Shown here piece by piece: positions 19,541-29,900 of a DNA stretch of 59,204 bases. Below the pieces are notes generated by a model. The model was not told the origin of the DNA. It searched no databases and saw only the letters and a list, made by a program, of their open reading frames with translations. Both the position numbers and the translations under genes were made by a program. The DNA is from an uncultured bacterium (GTDB lineage Bacteria > Patescibacteriota > Microgenomatia > UBA1400 > UBA12108): assembly GCA_903945195.1 (NCBI GenBank), contig CAJAUT010000023.1, positions 1 to 59,204 on the forward strand. Direction: 5' to 3'. Each line of letters opens with the position of its first letter. Within the stretch, counting starts at the first letter, position 1.

Positions 19541-20298
19541 GTTTCCTCTCCTTCGGCAAGTTCAGTGGTTCGACTAGACTCACCATCTTTGAGATCTGTC
19601 TGAGCTGAGTCAGACGCGACTTTCTTATGGTGATGTGCACCAGAATCATGAGCTAACTCGCCGTGATCTAAGCGGATGCGACGGAGCTTTAAATCTTTGA
19701 CTAGCTCTAGGTCATGGGTAGCCATGACTACGGTAGTGCCTGCTTCGTTGATATCTTGCAAAAGCTTGATGATAGACATGCCAGTTTTGGCGTCTAGATT
19801 GCCTGTTGGTTCGTCGGCAAAAAGCACTTTGGGTTGAGGGGCAAGTGCGCGAGCGATAGCTACGCGCTGAACCTCGCCACCTGAGAGTTGGACTGGGAAA
19901 TAATCTTCTTTACCTGCAAGTCCGGTGAGTTCTAGTAGTTCTTTGCGACGCTTTTCTACTACATCTCCCTCTAGCCCAATGATATCTAGTGCTAGATCAA
20001 TATTTTCGGCGATAGTGCGATCTAGGAGAAGTTTAAAATCTTGAAAGATGACGCTGATTTTGCGACGAAGAAGAGGGAGATTTTTTGCTGAAATTTTGGA
20101 GATGTCGTCACCTTCTATCACGATCTTGCCTTTTGATAGCGGCAAATCTTTGATAACTGCGCGCATCATAGAAGTCTTGCCAGCTCCAGAGTGTCCCTCG
20201 ACTATGACAAACTCACCTTCACCTACTGCAAAAGAAATGTCTGACAAAGCTTTTGTGCCATTGCCAAAGCTGATTGTGACGTCGTCAAATACTATCAT
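19537..20298 (-). CDS. ftsE: cell division ATPase FtsE
   Basis: GHSGAGKT, LRRKISVIFQDFKLL, LSGGEVQR, ADEPTGNLD. Confidence 0.9.
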   Translation of the reverse strand: MIVFDDVTISFGNGTKALSDISFAVGEGEFVIVEGHSGAGKTSMMRAVIKDLPLSKGKIVIEGDDISKISAKNLPLLRRKISVIFQDFKLLLDRTIAENIDLALDIIGLEGDVVEKRRKELLELTGLAGKEDYFPVQLSGGEVQRVAIARALAPQPKVLFADEPTGNLDAKTGMSIIKLLQDINEAGTTVVMATHDLELVKDLKLRRIRLDHGELAHDSGAHHHKKVASDSAQTDLKDGESSRTTELAEGEET

Positions 20299-20353
20299 AA
20301 TTTGTTAAATGTTCTTAAAGTCTATCAAGTTTATCAAGCTTCAGACTTTGTTA

Positions 20354-20896
20354 TTAATCTTGGTTTGCAGCCTCATCCGTAGCTGGTGCTGCATTTACTT
20401 CTAATACTTTGAGTTTGCCTACGTCCATAAGCCACCCGGCCTTTTTGCCCTGGTTGGTCTCTCCCCAGACCGTGACTCTATCTCCAACTAGTAGATCTAG
20501 GTCGACTACTGATGAAGTCACATATACCCACTGAGTTTTGTTGGCTCCGCGCTCGATATGATGACTACCTTCGCCGTCTATACCACCAGACATAAGAATA
20601 CCTTCGGCTTGGTCTCTAAATGTTTTTTCATCGGCACTGCCAAATGTGTCTCCAACTTTGACAGTTGTAGAGCTAGTTAATTCTTGAGTGGCTGGAGTTA
20701 ATAGACCAGTGCCGCCTGATTTTAGTCTTTGCTGGGCCACATAAAAACCAGTGCCTAGACCTAGGAAGATCCCAACCATGATGAGAATAGGGGTAAGTTT
20801 TGATTTTTGTACCGGCTCCATAACAACATCCTCCAATATTTTTTTATCTTCTTTGACTTCTGCACCTGCTAAATTGATTTGTTTGAGATCGTCCAT
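20354..20896 (-). CDS. membrane-anchored hypothetical protein
   Basis: One TM helix followed by a beta-rich domain; GGAGG before the start. Confidence 0.75.
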   Translation of the reverse strand: MDDLKQINLAGAEVKEDKKILEDVVMEPVQKSKLTPILIMVGIFLGLGTGFYVAQQRLKSGGTGLLTPATQELTSSTTVKVGDTFGSADEKTFRDQAEGILMSGGIDGEGSHHIERGANKTQWVYVTSSVVDLDLLVGDRVTVWGETNQGKKAGWLMDVGKLKVLEVNAAPATDEAANQD

Positions 20897-20937
20897 AAAA
20901 TCCTCCGTATAAGATATGCGACTTTTTCACTATACCA

Positions 20938-20965
20938 TCCCCCTTCGCTGAAAGCTACGGAGGGA
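20938..20965. repeat. short palindromic element (CCTTCGCTGAAAGCTACGGAGG)
   Basis: Imperfect hairpin just after the prfB stop. Confidence 0.5.
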
Positions 20966-20973
20966 CAGGTATC

Positions 20974-22017
20974 TTAGGGTAGCATTTTCAATTCGGCTTG
21001 GATGAAACCATCTAGATCGCCGTCTAGGACATTTTCTGCCTGACTAGTTTCATACTGAGTCCGGACATCTTTGACTAGTTTGTAGGGATGTAGGACATAG
21101 GAGCGGATCTGGTTGCCAAAGCTAGCTACACGATACTCACCTTTAGCTTTGTCTATCTCGGCGAGACGTTTGGATTCTTCGATCTCCCAGAGTTTAGCTT
21201 TGAGTTGGCGCATACAGATATCTCTATTTGACTGCTGATAGCGCTCCTGGGTCGAGACGATCACGATACCTGATGGCTTGTGGATCAGACGCACAGCAGT
21301 AGAGACTTTGTTGACGTTTTGGCCCCCGTGTCCACCAGCGCGGAAAAACTGCCACTCAATATCTTCGTCACGCACCACTACGTCAGGCGTATCCTCTTCG
21401 ACTGCTGGCAAGACTTCGACCAAGCTAAAACTGGTTTGGCGTAGGTTGTCGGCGTTGAAGGGGCTTTGGCGCACGAGGCGGTGAGTACCCTGCTCGCGTT
21501 TGAGGAGACCGTAGGCACTTTTACCTTTAAATTTGATGGTTACAGATTTGATCCCGGCTTCATCCCCTCTTGTTTCATCCATGATTTCGTAACCCCAGCC
21601 TGTGCGCTCGGCGTAGCGTAGATACATGCGTTCAAGCATGCCGGACCAGTCCATGGCTTCGGTGCCACCAGCGCCTGCATGGATAGAAAGGATGGCATCT
21701 AGTCCATCGTAGCGACCAGAGAGATAGGTTTTCATTTCTAGTTTGGCTAGAGCAGACTCTGCGATGCGCTCATATTTTTCTACCTCGTCACCTAACTCTA
21801 TGGCGGTTTCGGCGTCGGCGATAGAAGTCTCGACAGCCTGATGTGTGTCTAGGATGTCATCTATCTCCGAAAGCCTTTGCGATTTTTTTTGTGCGTCTTC
21901 TTTGCCCCAAAAGTCGCCTGCCTCCATTTCCGTGAGGAGACTAGTTTTTTCAAGCTGGATTTCATCTAGCTTGAGTTTGGTTTTGAGATCGCCTAGGCGA
22001 GTGCGTAGATCTGACAT
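20974..22017 (-). CDS. prfB: peptide chain release factor 2
   Basis: SPF anticodon-mimic motif (RQSPFN), [13 protein letters not shown]. Confidence 0.95.
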   Translation of the reverse strand: MSDLRTRLGDLKTKLKLDEIQLEKTSLLTEMEAGDFWGKEDAQKKSQRLSEIDDILDTHQAVETSIADAETAIELGDEVEKYERIAESALAKLEMKTYLSGRYDGLDAILSIHAGAGGTEAMDWSGMLERMYLRYAERTGWGYEIMDETRGDEAGIKSVTIKFKGKSAYGLLKREQGTHRLVRQSPFNADNLRQTSFSLVEVLPAVEEDTPDVVVRDEDIEWQFFRAGGHGGQNVNKVSTAVRLIHKPSGIVIVSTQERYQQSNRDICMRQLKAKLWEIEESKRLAEIDKAKGEYRVASFGNQIRSYVLHPYKLVKDVRTQYETSQAENVLDGDLDGFIQAELKMLP

Positions 22018-22147
22018 GAGTATATTGTACCAGGGAAAAAGATCTCTTGGCTACGCTAGAAATGACAAGCTATGTCTGATTTGGTTGTTTAGCTGGCGGG
22101 GGAGGGGGGTCATTTTCGGCAACTATTACTAACGATTCCAAATATGC

Positions 22148-23278
22148 GGTTTAATTTAGGTTAAGTGTTGGTAATTTAGCCGTTTGGTGGGTAAAAGCGG
22201 GTTAGGTAGAAGTACCAGGAAATGAGATTTTCTTTGCTCGTTTGGGTCATTCCACGATGTATCAATATTTTGTTGTCGAGCTGGGAATATGACCCCTCAG
22301 AACTGTTGTTGTCTTTGGGGAGACCTGGGTAGCGGAGATAGGTAAACATGTTGGGGAGAGCTTGGTAAAGATGTTGGTAGGCTTGACGAAGATAGGGATG
22401 GGTATACCACCACTTGGGAGTCTTTCTTTCAGGATCAGCATTGAGTGTCTTTTGAGTGAAGAATTGATAGTGCTTCTGATAGAGTCGTAGAAACCAGCGG
22501 ATGAGGATTTTGGCTTCGTAGGGAGTGTTTATTTTGTTGATATGTTGGGCTAGTAATAGAAGATCTTTTCCCGCCTCAGTTTGTGGGTTTTGAGTGAGCA
22601 AAGTTTGAATCCTGGTTTGGATATGGACAAGGCATCGCTGAATTGGGATAGTAAGTCCCCTGCAGGCAGAATCCATCGATTTCTTGCCATCAAAGACAGC
22701 AGCTTTGAAGGGATAGTTTTCACTCTGCAACCACTCAAGGTCGCACTTGATAACTGCGAGGTATTCTCCATCCGCTAGTGACCAATAAATGCGTCCTAGT
22801 GCTGAGTCTCTATAGGTAATCACACAACGCTCTCCAAACCAGTCAGCATCGATTAAAAGATAGCCCGTACAACTACTCCACTCGTCAGTGTTTTTGAGCT
22901 GTGACAAATATTCTTTTGAGGTGGGAGGATTTGCTAAATATTGCTGGAACCTAATACTCAAGGTGGGGACAGAGTAACCAGAAAGTTCACTCAAATAGGC
23001 GAGGGTCAGGGTGTGTCTCACCCACTGAGAAAACAGTCGAAATATCTTGCGACTGGAGACTCTACTTTTGTGGCCTAAACTAAAACAGAAGCGACAGGAT
23101 TGGCAATAATACCGACCCTTTCCTTTACCAGTCTTTCCCCATTTAATGGCAGGGTTTTGACACTTTGGGCAGTGGTGAACACACTTGTTTTTTTCATAGG
23201 TAGATATTCTATGTGCAAATTAGTGCGAAGACAAGGGAAAAAGAATCGTTTTTACCAACATTTAACCTAAATTAAGCC
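22148..23278 (-). mobile_element. complete IS256/Mutator-like insertion sequence (1131 bp)
   Basis: 27-bp terminal inverted repeats (22148-22174 and 23252-23278, 2 mismatches); 8-bp direct repeat AAATATGC at 22140-22147 and 23279-23286. Confidence 0.9.
22176..23197 (-). CDS. IS256-like DDE transposase with N-terminal Cys-rich zinc finger
   Basis: LLIDAD, VFDG, QRCLVH, NNSSEG motifs. The frame stays open upstream of 23021 through CPKC...CQSC; the nearest ATG (23197) is out of frame across an A7 run. Confidence 0.85.
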
Positions 23279-23350
23279 AAATATGCTAAAAGCTCTATTT
23301 CTGATATTACCACTTCTTTCGGCATTTCATCTGGATCCTCTGGCATAGTA

Positions 23351-24190
23351 TTATTTTAGCAGATTTTTGACGCGATCGATGTTGGCGCGGTCGGGGCCGG
23401 TGCCGTCACCTGGCACTTCGAGGATGAGTGGGAGATGAGCAAGCTTGGGATGATTGATGAGCATAGATAAACCTGCGTCCCCGATATAGCCATCTCCGAT
23501 GTTTTGGTGATTGTCACGACCGCTCCCAAGAGGAGTCTTACTGTCGTTTAAGTGTAAGAGCTCCACCTTGTCTACCCCAATAGTACTTTCGATTTCTTTG
23601 ATCCACATCTCTAGACCATCAGCAGTCGTAAAATTGTACCCTGCTTCAAAGGCGTGAGCCGTATCTAGGCAGACTTTGAGCCTGTCTGATGGTATAGCAT
23701 CTAAAATATCTTTTAGTTCTTTGAGTGAGCCTATCTTGCCGTTTTGGCCGGCCGAGTTTTCGAGCAACAAAATTGAACTTCCGGGAGTCTCCCGGAAGGC
23801 TTGCTCGATGGCAGAGATGACCTGGGCGCGATCGTGAGCCCAGCCTCTACCCTGATGAGAGCCTATGTGTAAAACTACCCCAGCGCTCCCGATCAATGCA
23901 GAGTTTTTCATATCCATGATAATGGCTGTTTTAGATTTTTCTAAAAGTTCTGGATTGTCGGAGGCCAAATTGGTGAGATAAAGCGCGTGGATATAAACAG
24001 GGTTTAGATCGTGTTGGGTTGTTAATCGGCGAAATCCTTCGGTAAGCTCAGGGCTATAGAGTGAGCGCGCCCACATGCGAGGGCTCCCGGCAAAAATCTG
24101 CATAGCATTGCCACCAATGTTTAGGGTGTTTGTGACGGCATTTGTTAACCCTCCAGAACAAGAAACATGTCCGCCTATGCGACGTGTCAT
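23351..24190 (-). CDS. nfo: endonuclease IV
   Basis: IGGHVS, QIF..SPRMW, LLLENSAGQ, CLDTAHAF, HLNDSK, DNHQNIG. Confidence 0.95.
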   Translation of the reverse strand: MTRRIGGHVSCSGGLTNAVTNTLNIGGNAMQIFAGSPRMWARSLYSPELTEGFRRLTTQHDLNPVYIHALYLTNLASDNPELLEKSKTAIIMDMKNSALIGSAGVVLHIGSHQGRGWAHDRAQVISAIEQAFRETPGSSILLLENSAGQNGKIGSLKELKDILDAIPSDRLKVCLDTAHAFEAGYNFTTADGLEMWIKEIESTIGVDKVELLHLNDSKTPLGSGRDNHQNIGDGYIGDAGLSMLINHPKLAHLPLILEVPGDGTGPDRANIDRVKNLLK

Positions 24191-24202
24191 AAATGATATT
24201 CC

Positions 24203-24278
24203 TTTGGGGAGACACCTCCCGCCTTCGGCGTCCCGACTCTGCCTTCGGCAGGGTCTCCTGTCGAGGAGTCTCCCCGAA
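24203..24278. other. GC-rich multi-hairpin element in the nfo upstream region
   Basis: Outer stem GGGGAGAC/GTCTCCCC enclosing CGCC-TTC-GGCG, CTGCC-TTC-GGCAG and CTCCT-GTCG-AGGAG hairpins. Confidence 0.6.
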
Positions 24279-24296
24279 CTTGGACAGACTTTGGAC

Positions 24297-24689
24297 TCAT
24301 GGCGCCTCCGTTTTTATAGTTGATTTATTTTCATATTCGGTGACGACACCTTTACAAAATTCGTATTTAATTTTTTCGGCTTCACGGCGCGGCAAGTCTT
24401 TTAATGTTTCTGTAGTTTTGCTGACTAGCTCATTGATGATAGGTTCTGATTTTCCTTTTGTCACGTCAGACAAATAGGCTTGCCCATTTTGCAATGCATC
24501 ACCCACACTAGCTCCTAGTACATTTGCAACTCTATCGATTTGATCAGTGGCAGTAGAAATAGTTAATTTTTTGTTTGTAGTACTTTCAGACATGACAATC
24601 GGGGTATTTTTGTGACTAGATTTGGTGTAAAAAATATAGCCACCATAGATGAGACCTATTAGTAAAATGATTCCGATCAAACGCTTCAT
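24297..24689 (-). CDS. membrane-anchored hypothetical protein
   Basis: Start reassigned to MKRLIGIILL (TATACT 6 nt upstream); N-terminal TM; VLGAS motif. Confidence 0.7.
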   Translation of the reverse strand: MKRLIGIILLIGLIYGGYIFYTKSSHKNTPIVMSESTTNKKLTISTATDQIDRVANVLGASVGDALQNGQAYLSDVTKGKSEPIINELVSKTTETLKDLPRREAEKIKYEFCKGVVTEYENKSTIKTEAP

Positions 24690-24703
24690 AGCACTAGTAT
24701 AGC

Positions 24704-25972
24704 TTACTCGTAGCGAAGCGCGTCTATTGGGTTGAGGGACGCTGCTCTCTTGGCTGGGAAGATACCAGTAATTAATCCAATAGCTAGGGAAAATACTAAT
24801 ACAAGAATGTAAAACCATGGTGGAGTATAAAAGATATTTACTGCTTGACCACCCATAGCCAAGGCAAATATCTTTACGATAATGCTTAAAATATTTGTCA
24901 CGACAAATCCAAGTAATAGTCCACCAATGCCACCACCCAAACCCATGATGATTGATTCTGTTAAAAACATATACTGAATATCTTTTGATGTAGCTCCAAT
25001 GGTGCGCATGATTCCGATCTCTCTAGTGCGCTCCAACAAAGAAACTGTCATTGTATTGATCATCCCAATTGAAGCGATAATGAGGGCTATAACACCGATC
25101 ACAGTAAAAGTGATTTGGGTGACCCGAAAAATATTATTGATTTGAGTGAGCGTGTCCGTCATGGCTGATACCATAAAACCACGAGACGAAACATTGTCCC
25201 TGATTTCATTTAATTTTGCTTGGTTTTCGGCTTTTACTTTTGCGGCGCGATATTCGTTTTGATCTAATCCATCAAAATATTTGAGAGGTAAATAGATGTA
25301 GTTACTATCGTCGGAAATTATACCTACGATTGTCAGCTGTTCAGGAATCTCTACAACGGATGATTCAAGTAAGGCAGCTGAAGCGGTAGAATTAGCGCTA
25401 CCTGAAAGTGAGTCACCAAAAAATATATTTGGTTTAATAAATGAAAGTCGAAGCTTGGCGCCAAGTGCTGTTTGTTCTTCTATACCAAAAAGTGACAAAA
25501 TAGCAGATGAAACGACGATCTGACTCTCGCCATCTTTGTATAGTTCACCTTTGTCGGCTTTGATATTTGAAAGACTAAAAAACCTAGGATCAGCTCCGTA
25601 TGTGAGAGTTTGAGTTTTGATGTCGTTGTAGACTATTTCTGCTGGCAAAGACTTTGAGGCGCTAATTTCAGATACTCCATCCATACTCTTTATTTCAGCT
25701 AATACAGTATCTGTAAGCTTGATTACGTCTCTAATTTCTGTATTTGGCAACACATCCAAACTGAGCAGAGATTCACTACTGGTAATATTTCCTATCACGA
25801 GTTTTTGTAAACCGAAAGTCAAAGATACCAGTATATATACGACTGCAATACCTATACCGACGCCCAGTATTGTAAGAAAAGTTCGATATTTTTTTGCTTT
25901 CAATCTCTCTAAAGTTAGATCTACTACGTCGCTAAAATACATATCTGCTTGAAAAATTTTTATTTGTTTCAT
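24704..25972 (-). CDS. MacB/FtsX-family ABC permease
   Basis: RTFLTILGVGIG, ERTREIGIMRTIGA, AASLNPIDALRYE. Confidence 0.92.
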   Translation of the reverse strand: MKQIKIFQADMYFSDVVDLTLERLKAKKYRTFLTILGVGIGIAVVYILVSLTFGLQKLVIGNITSSESLLSLDVLPNTEIRDVIKLTDTVLAEIKSMDGVSEISASKSLPAEIVYNDIKTQTLTYGADPRFFSLSNIKADKGELYKDGESQIVVSSAILSLFGIEEQTALGAKLRLSFIKPNIFFGDSLSGSANSTASAALLESSVVEIPEQLTIVGIISDDSNYIYLPLKYFDGLDQNEYRAAKVKAENQAKLNEIRDNVSSRGFMVSAMTDTLTQINNIFRVTQITFTVIGVIALIIASIGMINTMTVSLLERTREIGIMRTIGATSKDIQYMFLTESIIMGLGGGIGGLLLGFVVTNILSIIVKIFALAMGGQAVNIFYTPPWFYILVLVFSLAIGLITGIFPAKRAASLNPIDALRYE

Positions 25973-26979
25973 GATAGAAGCTCCATCATACTTTCAAAAT
26001 TGTCTGCTATGTGGTGCGCTGTAGACCTATACATTCCTGCACCGCCTTCTGTAAGGGGTTTATCTAGATTTTCAAATAGTTCATGCTGATCTATATCTCC
26101 AGCTTTCCTTGCTGCCAAAAAATTCATTGTTCTAGTCAATTCTTCTTGCTCAAACGAATCTAGTTGTGAAGAAGATAGTAGTAGATGTAAGACCCGAAGT
26201 AGTTTTCTGTCTAAAGGCTTTTTAGTATTTTTTAGGGTCATTTCAAATATTGATTCTTTGTTACTTTTTACGTGAGATACTGTAGTGGATTTTTTCACTG
26301 TTTCTTTTATCACTGATCCATCTACGATATGAATAATGCGATCAGCGTATTTTGAGAGAGATAAATCATGGGTGACGATGAGCGTAGTATTGTGATATTT
26401 GCGGTTTAGCCCAAGTAGTAAATTCATGACATTGTGAGTAGCTACGGAGTCTAAATTGCCTGTAGGTTCATCAGCTATCACGATGGGAGGATTGCTGATC
26501 AAGGCTCTCATGATACCAATTCTTTGTTGTTGGCCACCTGATATTTCACTTGGCAAACGATGGGCTAGTTGTGATAACTCAAAATCTGCCAAGATTTTTT
26601 TTGCTTTTGCGTCTCTTTCTATTTTTGGGACTTTTGCAAATATGAGAGGTAGGGTGATATTTTGCATTACAGAAAATGAAGGTATTAAATTGTAAGCTTG
26701 AAAAACCATACCAATCTTTTGTTGATGAAAGATAGCTCTTTCAGATTCCGAGATGTGATTGATATTGTTGCCATCAATAATAATATTGCCTGAAGTGGGA
26801 GTTTCTAGACCATTGAGAATATTTAGTAATGTAGATTTTCCAGAACCTGATGGACCAAAAATTATTACAAATTCTCCAGCATATATTTGGATATCCATGC
26901 CACGCAAAACTTTAGTGAGACTATCCCCTGCTCCGAAATTTTTGACTAAATTTTGTGTTTGTATTGCTATGTCTGTCAT
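25969..26979 (-). CDS. MacB/LolD-type ABC ATPase with ~100-aa C-terminal extension
   Basis: GPSGSGKST, ISGGQQQR, ADEPTGNLD. ATG 26979 overlaps the upstream stop (ATGA). Confidence 0.9.
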   Translation of the reverse strand: MTDIAIQTQNLVKNFGAGDSLTKVLRGMDIQIYAGEFVIIFGPSGSGKSTLLNILNGLETPTSGNIIIDGNNINHISESERAIFHQQKIGMVFQAYNLIPSFSVMQNITLPLIFAKVPKIERDAKAKKILADFELSQLAHRLPSEISGGQQQRIGIMRALISNPPIVIADEPTGNLDSVATHNVMNLLLGLNRKYHNTTLIVTHDLSLSKYADRIIHIVDGSVIKETVKKSTTVSHVKSNKESIFEMTLKNTKKPLDRKLLRVLHLLLSSSQLDSFEQEELTRTMNFLAARKAGDIDQHELFENLDKPLTEGGAGMYRSTAHHIADNFESMMELLS

Positions 26980-29900
26980 GGCTTGTTCATCCATCCAAAT
27001 GAGCTTTGGAGATTTTGAATAATTAAATCGAGTGCCGACACTTCTTTTTGCGGAGTAAGTAGCACGTAAGCTTCTGACTCACTTTGGTTGCTGGCGTAAT
27101 CTTTGGAAACTACGCGATATCTATAAACACTACCTGGCTTAAGTCCAGATATAACTACAATATGATTTTGGACAAAATCATCGTTTTCAACAGATGATTG
27201 CTCGTAATTGCCACTACCTGCACCGAGAGAATATTGCACTAGACTAGAAGTGGGCTCGTTTGTAGTCCAAGTAATCACAGTCTGGACTTTATTTTGTCCA
27301 GAGATAATAGTACTACGATTGTTCACTCCAGTGATCACAGGTCCTTCCGTATCATCCCCTGTACTGAATGAGTATTGGTCTGATCTAGCTAGATTGCCTG
27401 CCTCGTCAGAAATTAGGACATTAAACGAATACATCGTGCCTGGATAGAGATTTTCTAGATCGGCAGAATGTACAGAGACAAGACTAGAATTTGAGTATTT
27501 TCTAGTTTCTCTTGTACTTGTATTTATATATTCGATAACTGTAGTGGTGGGGATAGCCGTAATCCAGGAGATACTGGCGATATTTGCATTTTTGTTTGTG
27601 ATTTTGATACCGGTAATACCTGGAAGACTAGTCGTAAATTCGGCTTTAGCTGATATCACATAATTACCATTAACGTCGACTGATTTAACCTGATATTCAT
27701 ATGATGTGGCTGCAGTCAAATTAGAGAGGATGACTGAATGTGAAGAGAGGAAGGAGGTTGATCCGGAATTTGAAGGAGAATCTAAGCTATTTTTGACTTT
27801 ATAAAATACTTCACTGGTTGATTTTTTGGTAGTATCCCATCCTACTACTACTGAAGTCGCGGTGATGTCTGTGATAGTGGCTCCACTTGAAGTGATAGCT
27901 GGTGCGTTTGAACCTGATGAACTACCGGTAACCCCCAGCAAGTCAACGCTACTTTGGACAGTAGTTGAGAAGGTGGCGTCACCTGAGCTATTTGTATTAC
28001 CAGCTTTATCTACTACGGTAACTCTGTAATGATAGGTAGTTTCTGGTGATAAACCAATGACAGTGACACTCTTGCTTGTTTTATAATCATGATTACCTTC
28101 TGCAATACCTCTCTCGTAGCTAGATGATTCACCGTACTCAACTTTTCCATCTGCATCTTCATTTGTACTCCAGGATATTTTTGCTGAACTAGGTGTAACA
28201 CTACTGACCGATATATCACTAATTGAAGGAGCTGTAGTATCTGTTGAAATCAAGGTTATTGCTGAGGTGGTAAATGAGTAGTTTGGGGAAGTGCTAGAAT
28301 TATTATTTGAATCAACAGAAATGACATGATAATTGTAAGTAGTATCTACAGTTAAATCTGAGATCGTCAATGCATGGCCAAATACGAAAGATGCCGAAGT
28401 GGTAGCGCTGCCATAAGAGCTATCTAGCGAATATTCGACGCGCGAGTTACTTTCCTCCGTAGTTGACCATGAGATCCCAGCCTGAGTCTCCCCTACCACT
28501 GCCTTGATATCGGAAATCACGGGACCCGATGTATCTGCGAGCGTAGAGAATGATTGGGTAGATGAATCTTCGATAATTGATTTATTGTTTAAGGCGTCCG
28601 CTGAGATCACCCTGTAATAATAAGAAGTATTGGGAACCAAATTTGATAACACAATAGAGTGAGAAGTCCCCATCGAGATCGAGCCCACTTCATTTGAATA
28701 ACTAGTGTTTGTGGAATAACCAATTGTAGAGTCTGAAAGCTCATCCGTGGTCCAGGTAAATGTAGCGGTAGTTGTAGTAATATTACTTACCACAATGTTT
28801 GTAACATTTGGAGCGGTAAAGTCTCCGCCACCTGAACCATCTGGAGTTAAGCCAACACCAGACCTAGACGAAGAACCGGAGTTTTGAATAGGCGAGTTTA
28901 CATCTGACTCATTGCCATGACTATCTACAATGGTGATTTTGTAGTAATACGTGATTGCACTATCTAATCCCTGATCGAGATAATAGTTTTGGGCTCTAGT
29001 ACCTATCTGAGTGAGAGGCGTGTAGGTTGCACCGTCTGTAGATCTATACAGTTGATAATAACTAAATCCATTTACTGGAACCGTGGCAACTACCCAGGAA
29101 GTAAAGAGGCGCCACTCATGAGTATCTGGATTACTACCATCTTGAATTAATAAACTAGATAGTCGTGTTGGGCTCTGTGTAGAAATGGTACTAGACTCGT
29201 TGCCATATGCATCTTTGTAACGTACATATACAGTCGATGGATCTCCGCTAAATGTCCAGGTAATAGGTGTAGAGTAGGCAGTCCAATTACCTGAATCTAC
29301 ATTTACTCCATCCGAAGAGAGATCAATATTGTTACTAGCTTTGTAATATAGGGCATTCCCATCTGTAGATGATAGAGTAATTTGGCCCAATCTTTTGTTT
29401 ATATAAATATCATTGTTTATAGGTGCTTTTGTGTCTAACGTAATAGAACTTTTAGAATCTGACCCAATTTGGTTGGCTATATTGCCATCATTGACTAATA
29501 TTTTGATTTTTGCGGTTGTGGTTTCTAGGATTGATATATCACTACTTGGCGTCCAAGTAACACTCTTGGTCCCAATTTTTGAGATACTGCCAAAATCTCC
29601 AGATAATGATGGAGATGGAGCTACAAACCAAACTACACTGCCAGCAACATGAGCCGTGGCTGTTGTACCATTTGCAGCTCTAGTAATACCTGTTAATGAA
29701 TTTCCTGATTTGCCAGAATATGAAATCATCTCATTGTCTAAAAGAATAGTACCTAAAGAAGGCAAGCTTGTCGCACTAGAGACCCCAAGATTTGCTACTG
29801 AGTCAATAACATAATCTGAATTTGTAGTTTGACCAATATCAGCTGCTAAATAACTGGTAACTATTGCCTCTTCTGGGTCTGAAATAGTATATGTCACGTT

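Noticed and set aside
24203-24278. Glycine riboswitch or SRP RNA (GGAGA and GCCGAAGG resemble riboswitch motifs)
   Set aside because: No CTCTCAGG-type 3' motif, no SRP loop motif, and the downstream gene is unrelated.
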